This document shows, piece by piece, positions 8,744 through 16,783 of a stretch of DNA of 59,977 nt. Source of the stretch: a virus (taxonomy: Duplodnaviria; Caudoviricetes); IMG/VR virus record IMGVR_UViG_3300025853_000004, positions 1 through 59,977 of that record; one strand, 5' to 3'. Below the pieces are notes generated by a model. It did no database searches. It was not told where the DNA came from and saw nothing but the letters and a program-made list of their open reading frames with translations. The stretch's first letter is position 1. Each line of letters opens with the position of its first letter. A program made the position numbers and the translations under genes.

Positions 8744-8955
8744 GACTGAAACTCCCAATCAACAGCCGAATCAATCACGTCCCAATTGATGCCGTAGTTA
8801 GCATCAAAGTCGTCACAAATTCTTTCCATGATTGATTCGATCTGATCCATAGTCAGATCAGAGTGACCCATCGCTTCCGCCCGTTCGCGGATATCATCTG
8901 GGTACCAAAGGTCTTCAATGACTAACGTGCCATTGCGTTTCACTAATTTACTCAT
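8740..8955 (-). CDS. Small acidic hypothetical protein
   Basis: 71 aa; AACTACGGGAGG leader; FDANYGINWDVI. Confidence 0.75.
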   Translation of the reverse strand: MSKLVKRNGTLVIEDLWYPDDIRERAEAMGHSDLTMDQIESIMERICDDFDANYGINWDVIDSAVDWEFQS

Positions 8956-9000
8956 CGCTAATTCCTCCCGTAGTTGTTAGCGAGTTTGCAGATTATGCGA

Positions 9001-9462
9001 TTAACGGAAACAAATCAACCCCCAAAGGCTTTTCCAATCTACTGGAAACCCGCTACGGAATACCGGATCTACCTTGGTGATTCCCTCCATCTTCAGATCA
9101 AGAGCATCTGCGCCCTTATAAAGCAAGATTTCTGGAGCGGCCGTTTTAGTTTGTCTTTTTATCAGAATCCATGTTGACGCATGGCTATGAGTATTTAGAA
9201 AGGCAACTTGATGTGGCCGCAAGTCCACGGTATTTCCCCGAGTAACTTTCAGTTCAATTAAGTGGAAGCGGCCTTGATCGTCACAAACAAGAAGGTCAGG
9301 TATCCCTGCGGTCAGCCAAGTTTCCAACCGCGTTAGGATTATCTTTTGATCAAGCTTCTTCGTCCCTTCCCGAATCTGCTTGTAGAAGTTGCTTTCCGTC
9401 GTATTCGTCTTCTTCTTCGTAGCTTCCTCCCACGGGAGTGACATCGACGATGCTTGACTCAT
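9001..9462 (-). CDS. PD-(D/E)xK nuclease (VRR-NUC / Holliday-junction-resolvase-like)
   Basis: ES.F...IR...RLE...GIPDLL...LIELKV...LRPHQ; true start uncertain. Confidence 0.8.
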   Translation of the reverse strand: MSQASSMSLPWEEATKKKTNTTESNFYKQIREGTKKLDQKIILTRLETWLTAGIPDLLVCDDQGRFHLIELKVTRGNTVDLRPHQVAFLNTHSHASTWILIKRQTKTAAPEILLYKGADALDLKMEGITKVDPVFRSGFPVDWKSLWGLICFR

Positions 9463-9940
9463 AACTCTTTCTCATTTCATCCAGTGCTTTCATGACTTCT
9501 TCTTTGCTCATTTGATCAATGGAGCCATGTCTAATTTCTGATTTATTTACATAGATATCGCCATGTGCTTGGCCACGCCGATATTCCGCTTGGACTGCCG
9601 CAGAGTAAGCCCCATTCTGCAAAGCTTCATCTCGAATACGCTGAAGGTCTCGCAGATGCCGCTGAAAGTTCACGCCATATTTAGCATCCAGTTCATCACG
9701 ATATTCTTTGATCGCCGCCACAACGTGGGGACAATATTGAGGGTTAGTCATTTCATGCGCTCGAACATGTGCGCTTGCCGGTGGATAGCCGGCATTGATT
9801 GCGGCTTCCCGCATAGTGATCTGGCCGTCATTGCTGACCAGTTCTTTCACAAAGAGTTCTTGCTTCCGCGTGAGCTTTCTTTGTCTCAACTTATCCAGTT
9901 CAGCCTTGTTCGCCACTGGATCTCTCTTAATTCTAGGCAT
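9350..9940 (-). CDS. terS: Terminase small subunit
   Basis: LTRKQELFVKEL...AAINAGY...A HTH followed by helical region AYSAAVQAE..RG. Confidence 0.8.
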   Translation of the reverse strand: MPRIKRDPVANKAELDKLRQRKLTRKQELFVKELVSNDGQITMREAAINAGYPPASAHVRAHEMTNPQYCPHVVAAIKEYRDELDAKYGVNFQRHLRDLQRIRDEALQNGAYSAAVQAEYRRGQAHGDIYVNKSEIRHGSIDQMSKEEVMKALDEMRKSYESSIVDVTPVGGSYEEEDEYDGKQLLQADSGRDEEA

Positions 9941-10070
9941 TGCCCCTCCGAACAGTAAATGGTCGTATCAGAGTTAAAATATAGCCTTCTTTCTTATATA
10001 GAGCAAAATTCAAAAGAAATATTTTTTGCATCTCCCCCCGCCTAACGCACTTTTGATTTATTGATTTCTT

Positions 10071-10312
10071 GGTTACATATTTGTAGTTACATGGTGTAAC
10101 AGTTTATGTAACCACTGAAAGTCTTGCTATATAAGGGATAGAGCGGTTCGGTTACACGGTTACACCGGTTACGGCTATTTTTTCAAAAAAATATTTTTCT
10201 AATTTCTGAGCCATATAAGTAACGTGTATTTTTTGTAACCAAAAACAAGAAAGCCCCGTGAGCCGTGGACTCCGGAGCTTTCCCCTCTGTTACACAATCT
10301 GTAAAAGTTACA
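10071..10312. repeat. Array of ~11 GTTAC(A) motifs in both orientations with AT-rich tracts (candidate origin or pac region)
   Basis: GTTAC/GTAAC near 10072, 10086, 10096, 10108, 10151, 10159, 10168, 10219, 10235, 10289, 10307. Confidence 0.75.
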
Positions 10313-10613
10313 CCCAAACCGCTCCAAAGAGCGTTTTCTTATCAATAAACCTCGATGCCCACCGTTCGGGGTTCTTCTCAATTTCTTCAGTAATTTTAGG
10401 GTGGGAGCATGATCCGCGAAGCCCTAATTGCGATTGCATTAAGAATTGATTTGCTTCATTTCTCCAATAAAGGAGTTCTTCAGAGGGTTCGTCATCGCTT
10501 TCGACGTCGAGTTCGTTGGCCATGAACCGACAGAATTCGGCACAGGTATCGACAGTGTATAGACCGTTAAAGTCCAACAGAATTTGTGGAAGTTTTTCCA
10601 TAATCATTCCCAT
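10308..10613 (-). CDS. Hypothetical protein
   Basis: 101-aa ORF in the minus-strand operon. Confidence 0.6.
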   Translation of the reverse strand: MGMIMEKLPQILLDFNGLYTVDTCAEFCRFMANELDVESDDEPSEELLYWRNEANQFLMQSQLGLRGSCSHPKITEEIEKNPERWASRFIDKKTLFGAVWV

Positions 10614-10627
10614 AGTGTGTTTTGTAA

Positions 10628-10786
10628 TTATAGCAGACTGGAGTCGAAATTGAGTTCGATTCGGTCGCTGATTGTTGGATCGACGCGCTCGATGGGGAAG
10701 TGTTCCCCATCGGCGAGGTCATGAACATGCACCGGCAGATCGTCTGGCAGAGTCTCCAATTCTGCGATCAGTTCCTTAACCGTCAT
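10628..10786 (-). CDS. Hypothetical protein (MTVKELIAEL-type small phage protein)
   Basis: AGGAGG RBS upstream of ATG 10786; MTVKELI..L..LPDD.PV. Confidence 0.75.
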   Translation of the reverse strand: MTVKELIAELETLPDDLPVHVHDLADGEHFPIERVDPTISDRIELNFDSSLL

Positions 10787-10946
10787 CTTCGTCCTCCTTA
10801 TCTTCTTCGACTTCAAAGAAAGCACAGGCATCTTCGTGAGGCCAAGGCATCACAACGGCCAGTTCTTTTGCCTGTTCTTCGTTTTCTGCCTCAACGACAA
10901 AGCTTGGATAATAAGTCGTGACCCGAACGCGGTATTGCTTTTTCAT
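10776..10946 (-). CDS. Small acidic protein (56 aa, not in track)
   Basis: MKKQYRVRVTTYYPSFVVEAENEEQAKELA...; TAATG coupling to the upstream gene. Confidence 0.7.
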   Translation of the reverse strand: MKKQYRVRVTTYYPSFVVEAENEEQAKELAVVMPWPHEDACAFFEVEEDKEDEDDG

Positions 10947-11209
10947 TACCGCATCTCCCGAGGGTTGAACTCTGCTTTAAGTTTCTGCAAGGCTGTTGTT
11001 AGACGGACGATATCGTCGAGCGTTAGTGGGTGGTAGCCGTGGCATACCCCATCGATCAACGATTCATGCACCTGATCCAACACTTTCATCGTTTCATCAA
11101 TCGCTTCGACGCACGTTTTTGGTAGCCGTGTTTCGCGGATCGAGGCCACTCGCTTGTTATGCTTGGCCACCATTTCGTTGTGCTTTTCAACCCATTCATT
11201 CTGGTTCAT
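10946..11209 (-). CDS. Hypothetical protein
   Basis: Start MNQNEW after variant leader AACTACACGGGAG. Confidence 0.75.
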   Translation of the reverse strand: MNQNEWVEKHNEMVAKHNKRVASIRETRLPKTCVEAIDETMKVLDQVHESLIDGVCHGYHPLTLDDIVRLTTALQKLKAEFNPREMR

Positions 11210-11238
11210 TTCGGTTCTCCCGTGTAGTTGAGATTCGG

Positions 11239-11267
11239 ACATTAGTCGTTTATCGCATACATGTCAA
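11239..11267 (-). promoter_or_regulatory. Sigma70 promoter
   Basis: TTGACA-N17-TAATGT. Confidence 0.65.
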
Positions 11268-11278
11268 CACCCCAGACG

Positions 11279-11345
11279 AAAAAAAGCCCCGAAAGTCATA
11301 GGGAACTAACGGGGCTTTGGAGTCAACTACGGGAATAGTTGTGCA
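11279..11345 (-). ncRNA. Terminator with 3'UTR antisense to early-gene leaders (candidate sRNA)
   Basis: Stem gccccg/cggggc with T7; preceded by CTATTCCCGTAGTTGA; loop contains TTCCCTATG. The terminator is well supported, the sRNA is inferred. Confidence 0.45.
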
Positions 11346-11347
11346 AA

Positions 11348-11557
11348 CTATATCGCTTTATGAGAATTGTGCAAACGTTTTCTTTCACTTTCTCTGGCAA
11401 TCTCACCCACAAGGCGCGCAAATTCTGTCAGTTCTTCCAGATTTGCAATGTAGCCACGGCAACCGTTCCGCAGGGCAAGTAGTGTTTTGTCTTCATCCTT
11501 GACGATACCGGCTTTGACCGCCAACTCATGAATTAAGTTTTGCTTGACGTCCATCAA
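11348..11557 (-). CDS. Hypothetical protein
   Basis: 69 aa; ELA.KAG...L.EFARLV...ER pattern. Confidence 0.65.
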   Translation of the reverse strand: MMDVKQNLIHELAVKAGIVKDEDKTLLALRNGCRGYIANLEELTEFARLVGEIARESERKRLHNSHKAI

Positions 11558-11744
11558 TATCGATCACCGTCATACGGCATTGCATACAGTAACGCCGCTC
11601 AGAACCGTGTTCCGTGATCCGCGCAAGGTCTCCGATGCAACGCGGACATTGGTTATTGCGGAGTCGTCTTCCGACTTCGTCAGCCAATTCGTTTTCCAGT
11701 GGTTGTGGATTGAGATCCAGTTGTTCTTCACTTGGTTTGCTCAT
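11526..11744 (-). CDS. Zn-ribbon protein
   Basis: CPRC...CMQC. Confidence 0.7.
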   Translation of the reverse strand: MSKPSEEQLDLNPQPLENELADEVGRRLRNNQCPRCIGDLARITEHGSERRYCMQCRMTVIDIDGRQAKLNS

Positions 11745-11845
11745 CTCGCATCCTCATTTCCAACCAGATCGCTTTTTCCTCGACGCGCTGTGCCTTCTTC
11801 AAGAGCCGGCGGGTCTTGGCCATCAAGTAGCGCAGATACAATCGT

Positions 11846-12037
11846 CTAATGAATCGCACGGTACGCACGACAATTTAACTCTGCAATGAGCATTGTTGAG
11901 CCTTTGGGCATGTATCCGCCGCCGCTGACAAAGTATTTGCCTTTTTTATTCTTGAACAATCGGTGCGTGAGCCGTGTTTCGCGGACAAGGAACTCCAGTT
12001 CTTCAAACGCGTCGATTGGGTTATCAAACTTCGTCAT
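11846..12037 (-). CDS. Hypothetical protein
   Basis: 63 aa; GAGG RBS. Confidence 0.6.
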   Translation of the reverse strand: MTKFDNPIDAFEELEFLVRETRLTHRLFKNKKGKYFVSGGGYMPKGSTMLIAELNCRAYRAIH

Positions 12038-12121
12038 CGTATCGCCTCAAAGTACAGCCAGTGGGTCGCATACAGTCCTGCCACGATCAGCGGGACGATC
12101 CAAATAAAGTCTGGATCAAAC

Positions 12122-12319
12122 TTAATCATACACGTTCATGCGCCGTGGATCTTTCTTCGGGTCATACGAATGTTTTTTGTGGTAACCGTTATCGATGTAG
12201 GTTTCAAAAATCAGACGCAGTTGCCCAGAAATCGTTCGGCCTTCGGCTTGAGCGATCTCCTTGATGTCTTCGTACACATCACGAGGCACTAGGACGCTTT
12301 TCCAACGTTGGGTATCCAT
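12122..12319 (-). CDS. Ribbon-helix-helix-like DNA-binding protein
   Basis: WKSVLVPRDVYEDIKEIAQAEGRTISGQLRLIF (beta-alpha-alpha pattern); AGGAG RBS. Confidence 0.7.
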   Translation of the reverse strand: MDTQRWKSVLVPRDVYEDIKEIAQAEGRTISGQLRLIFETYIDNGYHKKHSYDPKKDPRRMNVYD

Positions 12320-12342
12320 AAAACTCTCCTAAGATATCTGCG

Positions 12343-12371
12343 ATTATATGCGAACGTATGGGAACATACAA
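12343..12371 (-). promoter_or_regulatory. Sigma70 promoter overlapping a putative operator
   Basis: TTGTAT-N17-TATAAT; overlaps TATGCGAACGTATGGG, nearly repeated at 4142. Confidence 0.7.
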
Positions 12372-12382
12372 GATTTACGCAC

Positions 12383-12405
12383 AAAAAAGCCGCCCGAAGG
12401 CGGCT
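12383..12405 (-). terminator. Terminator after the DNA polymerase gene
   Basis: agccgcc-ttcg-ggcggc followed by T6 (UUCG tetraloop). Confidence 0.9.
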
Positions 12406-12461
12406 ATAAGGGAGTCACAAATGAAAAAATCCCGAAACGGCTAGCTTATGTAGCCTAAAGG

Positions 12462-14354
12462 CTACACCGCTTCGCCCCAACTAGGCCCGATCTCGACATC
12501 GCACTTGTTAGGTACCTCTAAAGGTACAGCACACTCCATGATCTGTGCAATTTCTATTGCCTCATTTTTATCTTTGACCGACATGGCGATTTCATCATGC
12601 ACCTGTATTAGCGGGATCCGCCCTGTTTTGTACACGTTGACCATCGCTTGCTTGGTCATATCCGCCGCCGACGCTTGGATCAGTCGGTTCAAGGCTTTAT
12701 AAGTGAACGCACGCTTGAGTCGCGTGGTGTCACCGTACTCTTTCACGGCATCACGGTAGGGCAAGGCTTTGTGCATGGCGAAGCTGTCTGGCTCCCACAG
12801 GTCAAAGCGGCATTTCCTGCCTAGGATAGACCGGATCGATCCCGACGCATCCTTTTCGTTCAGCCGATTCATTACACCCGTCATCAATCCTTTCACAAAA
12901 GGTACGCGGTCGTGGTACTGGTTAATCAAGCTTTTGGCTTCTTCCACCGGAATGTCTAGCTGATCGGCCAGTTTGTTGACGCCCATGCCGTACATCATGC
13001 CCAAGTTAATGGTTTTCGCTTGCTTACGGCCGATGCCCGCCATGTCCGCAACCATCGTATGGAAGTCGGTGTCAGGGTCGTCGTTGTACTTTTGTACAAA
13101 ATCCTTGGCCCCTTGTAACGGGATGCCGCGCGATTTGCCATACACATGCGCGTAGTGAACCAAGATCCGTGGTTCCTGTTGCGAGAAATCAATTGCCGCC
13201 CACTGCTCATCTTCTTCCGGCAGGAACAAACTGCGGATCATCGGCCCCAGTTCAGGATCGCGGGCCGGTATCTGTTGTAGGTTGGGGTTGTTCATCGACA
13301 GCCGGCCAGACACCGTGCCACCTTGGTCGGAGCGGTTCTGGTTAATGTGACCGTGAATCCGCCCGTCCTTGTTGCAATATTTTAAAATGTTATTGATGAA
13401 CGTCCCTGACGTCTTGTTGATGTTACGCGCATCAACAATCAGTCGCGCGAATGGATGCTGTTGTTCCGCAAGGAACGTCTTCGTGAACGAAGGAGCGCCT
13501 TTCTCCGTTTTAGGATACGCAATCCCGAGTTCGTCGAACGCTTTGGATAATGATTGTGCCGCCCAGATTTCAACGCCAAACCCCGCTTGTCTTTTGATTT
13601 CTTTGTGTAACTCCGCCTCGCGCTTTAACAAGGCGTCGCGTGTACGCTCGGTCTTGTCCATATCAACGCGGACACCACGGTAGGTCATGTCTACCAAACA
13701 AGGCAGGAGGTCGAGTTCGAGGTTGACGATATCCCAAAGCCCCTGCTTGCCCACTTCTACACGCATGTAATTCCAGAGTTCGAGCGCTAACTGCGCGTCA
13801 ACTTCTGCATACGGGCCGACATACATGGCCGGCATCTTCCACATCTCTGCTTTTGGGTCGAGGCCGAAGGTGCGTGCCGCTTCAATTAAGTCTTTCTCTG
13901 ACTTAGTTTTGCCAAGCAAATCAAAGGACAAAGCATTGAGGCTGTAACTAAAGCGGTTCTCGTCCAATAAACTGGCGATCAGCATCGTATCAACAATGCG
14001 GCCGTTCAACTGAAAGCCTTCTCGCTTGATCCAACCGGCGTCGTACTGCGCGTTGTGCATCACTTTTTCACAAGGCAATTCAAAAACCTTCTTGAGCCAC
14101 TTGCTTATAATTCTTTTGTCTAAATTACCCCCGCCCTTATGCCCAACAGGAATATAACCAGACCAATCGTCGGTCGCGATGGCATAACCAACCACCTCGC
14201 CATTACCTGTGGCCCAACCCGGCCCCATCGTTTTGATGTCAGGGTCGCGCGTTTCCACGTCGATAGCAATACGAACCGCACTGCTCAGGTCAGGTAGCTC
14301 TGCCGGCGGCACCCATTCAGTCTTCGGCGTAAACATCGCCATTTGCAAACTCAT
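12462..14354 (-). CDS. polA: DNA polymerase family A with 3'-5' exonuclease domain
   Basis: AIDVET, HNAQYD, YAEVDA exonuclease motifs; DFSQQEPRI (A), KTINLGMMYG (B), QVHDEI (C). Confidence 0.95.
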   Translation of the reverse strand: MSLQMAMFTPKTEWVPPAELPDLSSAVRIAIDVETRDPDIKTMGPGWATGNGEVVGYAIATDDWSGYIPVGHKGGGNLDKRIISKWLKKVFELPCEKVMHNAQYDAGWIKREGFQLNGRIVDTMLIASLLDENRFSYSLNALSFDLLGKTKSEKDLIEAARTFGLDPKAEMWKMPAMYVGPYAEVDAQLALELWNYMRVEVGKQGLWDIVNLELDLLPCLVDMTYRGVRVDMDKTERTRDALLKREAELHKEIKRQAGFGVEIWAAQSLSKAFDELGIAYPKTEKGAPSFTKTFLAEQQHPFARLIVDARNINKTSGTFINNILKYCNKDGRIHGHINQNRSDQGGTVSGRLSMNNPNLQQIPARDPELGPMIRSLFLPEEDEQWAAIDFSQQEPRILVHYAHVYGKSRGIPLQGAKDFVQKYNDDPDTDFHTMVADMAGIGRKQAKTINLGMMYGMGVNKLADQLDIPVEEAKSLINQYHDRVPFVKGLMTGVMNRLNEKDASGSIRSILGRKCRFDLWEPDSFAMHKALPYRDAVKEYGDTTRLKRAFTYKALNRLIQASAADMTKQAMVNVYKTGRIPLIQVHDEIAMSVKDKNEAIEIAQIMECAVPLEVPNKCDVEIGPSWGEAV

Positions 14355-14572
14355 AAACCATCCTCTGGTTCCGGCTCATCGTCTGGAACTTGTTTTTTAA
14401 CAAAATAAAATTTTAAGCTTGGCGCGGCGGGCGATGCGTCTGGCTTGCGTTTGTACGCATTAATCCAGTATTCGACACCGTCGATAGTCGCATTGCCTGT
14501 GAAATCCGCATGGGTTTCTTTTTCTTTGCGCTTATTTCCCCAGATCGCGCCTTCATTATTTCTGTCGGTCAT
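14351..14572 (-). CDS. Small conserved phage protein (DUF736-like)
   Basis: GAIW.N..KEKETH.DFTG...IDGVEYWINA. Confidence 0.6.
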   Translation of the reverse strand: MTDRNNEGAIWGNKRKEKETHADFTGNATIDGVEYWINAYKRKPDASPAAPSLKFYFVKKQVPDDEPEPEDGL

Positions 14573-14870
14573 ACTGCTCTTCCTTCATTTGATCTACCGC
14601 TTGGAAAAACTCGTCTGCGATTTCGCCACCCAAGGCCGCATATCCGGCAATGTCTACCCAAGAATCTTCATGTTCCGGTGTCTGGCACAAACGGCTCATC
14701 TTGACCGCAATCATGCACAGCGCCACTTCTTCTGCTTTAACGTCGATCCCTAGAATCGCTGACCACATCTCCGCAATGCGCTCGTGGTTTCTTGCGGGGT
14801 CGCCGTAAATCTCGTCTCGTGAGGCAGAAATAAACTCATCTGCTCTTTCTAATATTTCTCTGCGGTTCAT
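14556..14870 (-). CDS. DUF6378-like all-alpha protein (possible nucleotide pyrophosphohydrolase)
   Basis: R...YGDP..N..RIA.MWS..L...VALCM..VK.SR...H.DSWVDIAGYAA. Confidence 0.75.
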   Translation of the reverse strand: MNRREILERADEFISASRDEIYGDPARNHERIAEMWSAILGIDVKAEEVALCMIAVKMSRLCQTPEHEDSWVDIAGYAALGGEIADEFFQAVDQMKEEQYDRQK

Positions 14871-15118
14871 AAATACTCCACTTCGCTCACTTTTAACGGC
14901 ATACCGTCTTCATACACTGACTTCCACACGGGACTGCCTACCGACAGATCCAGATCGGGAGCATCCATTTCCTGCTCTTCAACTTCAATCGCTTCGAGCG
15001 AAACATAATCCGGCATCTCTGGGTAATTGCGTTCATGCAACCACGTCGCACAGATGACATACTCTCGATCCTCTGCGTCCCAATACCAGTGTGTCCCGTA
15101 GTATTTTCCAGACTTCAT
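14867..15118 (-). CDS. Hypothetical protein
   Basis: 4-bp overlaps on both sides. Confidence 0.65.
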   Translation of the reverse strand: MKSGKYYGTHWYWDAEDREYVICATWLHERNYPEMPDYVSLEAIEVEEQEMDAPDLDLSVGSPVWKSVYEDGMPLKVSEVEYL

Positions 15119-16626
15119 AGCTCGTAACTCCTTGATACGTCTTCCGGTTCTACAATAAATAAGTTTTGCCTTGCTCTGGTCACGCCAACGTAAAACACCC
15201 GATGCAAATCATCGGGGTTGTTGCGTGCCGCTTTTTCTGCCGCAGGGGATAAATCTGTAAAAAGTACAACGTTGTCCGCTTCACCGCCCTTTGACCCGTG
15301 GATCGTGGACACCGTAATGCGAGGCTCGCCATTGAACTTTTCTCCGCGACGCAAGAGCGCAATGATGTAAGCCCGATCCTGCTCTGGCAGTTTGTCCATC
15401 GCGACGTGCCAGATCATCTCTTTGTTTGCATTAAGCCCGTGATCCGCGATTAGCGTATCCAGATCAACCATGTCCTCATCGCCAAGCGCAGGCAGTTTTT
15501 TAAACCCCCTCGCCACACGTTCTTTGCCGCTCATGAACGCGTAGATGTTCCGCGCTGTCTTGCCTGAGATTTCACGGCCCTTGCGTAATGCTTCCCAACC
15601 ATTGACGGCGTCGGCTACTTTCTCAGAAATAGACCGGTGTCCGCGGTAGTTGAACAGATAACCGTTTGACTTGAGGTCGGTCGCAACGGGCGACAACTGG
15701 TAACCCGCTTGTGACAGGATCAGCCACGATCCGTTAGCCATGTCGATTCCATCAATGGTCGAGATGCTGCTAACTTGCCCACGATCTGTTTTTGGTTCGT
15801 AGCGTTTCGGGAACCGTCGGCTAATCCGGTTGGAAATGTTTTCCGCCACGGCATGAACTGAAGACGGCACACGATACGACTGCGCTAAGATCTCAGAACC
15901 GCCGTCCAGATTGATGAAATGATCGACGTCTGCCCCTGCCCAACGGTAGATCGCTTGGTCGTCATCTCCCGCGCAATACATCTTGTCGGACATGTCATCC
16001 AGAATATGCGCGATATCCCACTGCAACGGGGACAAATCCTGCGCTTCATCCAGAAACGTCAGCTTAAACCGGTGCTTGAACGTCGGTGCTTGTTCCACAA
16101 ACAGTTCCAGCATGTCGGTGAAATCGCATAGATTGTACAAAGTCTTGTACTTGCGTAACGATTTATCGACGTAATTGACCGTATTCCAGTCAACATCCAG
16201 TTCGCTTTCGTTGTACTGCTCGCGCAATGGCACCTTACGAAGCCGCGCAAGGTTAATCAAACCGAGCAAGGGGTCGTTTGTTTTAGCCAGATCCATGAAA
16301 TCATCCGAACCTTGTTTGGAACCAAAGAGTTCCACGCCGATGGCATGGCTTAGTTCCTTGTAATGCTCTGGTTGCATGATCTGCTCAGAGCTAATGTCGG
16401 TCATGGACAAGGCAAGGCTGTGCAACGTCCTGAAAAATATCAGATCGTTCTTGGCATCAAGGCTGAACCTTTCGGCCGCACGCTCTTTTGCTTCTGTCGC
16501 CGCTTTCTTAGTGAAGGCAAGGAAGGCAATCTCTTGAGGCAATACGCCTGATTCGAGCGCCTTATCTACCATATTAAGTAGCGTTGTTGTTTTTCCGGTT
16601 CCCGGTGGTCCGAAGATTCTGAACAT
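15115..16626 (-). CDS. UvrD/Rep-like SF1 helicase
   Basis: GPPGTGKT, AFT, LDEAQD, GDDDQAIY, QSYR, STIHGSKGGE, YVGVTRA. Confidence 0.95.
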   Translation of the reverse strand: MFRIFGPPGTGKTTTLLNMVDKALESGVLPQEIAFLAFTKKAATEAKERAAERFSLDAKNDLIFFRTLHSLALSMTDISSEQIMQPEHYKELSHAIGVELFGSKQGSDDFMDLAKTNDPLLGLINLARLRKVPLREQYNESELDVDWNTVNYVDKSLRKYKTLYNLCDFTDMLELFVEQAPTFKHRFKLTFLDEAQDLSPLQWDIAHILDDMSDKMYCAGDDDQAIYRWAGADVDHFINLDGGSEILAQSYRVPSSVHAVAENISNRISRRFPKRYEPKTDRGQVSSISTIDGIDMANGSWLILSQAGYQLSPVATDLKSNGYLFNYRGHRSISEKVADAVNGWEALRKGREISGKTARNIYAFMSGKERVARGFKKLPALGDEDMVDLDTLIADHGLNANKEMIWHVAMDKLPEQDRAYIIALLRRGEKFNGEPRITVSTIHGSKGGEADNVVLFTDLSPAAEKAARNNPDDLHRVFYVGVTRARQNLFIVEPEDVSRSYEL

Positions 16627-16783
16627 TCCCGTAGTCCTTTGGATTGTCTTCTACCTTTTTAATAATCTGACGCACACGTTCGCGCGACAGCCCCATGCGT
16701 TTTCCGATAGCGGTCAAAGTCATGTAATACTTCGTTCGCATCTCGTAAATCTGAAAGTCTCTTTCACGGTTGTCCATTGGCAT
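16574..16783 (-). CDS. Sigma70 region-4-like HTH protein
   Basis: TLTAIGKRMGLSRERVRQI versus sigma70 region 4.2 TLEEVGKQFDVTRERIRQI. Confidence 0.8.
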   Translation of the reverse strand: MPMDNRERDFQIYEMRTKYYMTLTAIGKRMGLSRERVRQIIKKVEDNPKDYGNVQNLRTTGNRKNNNAT

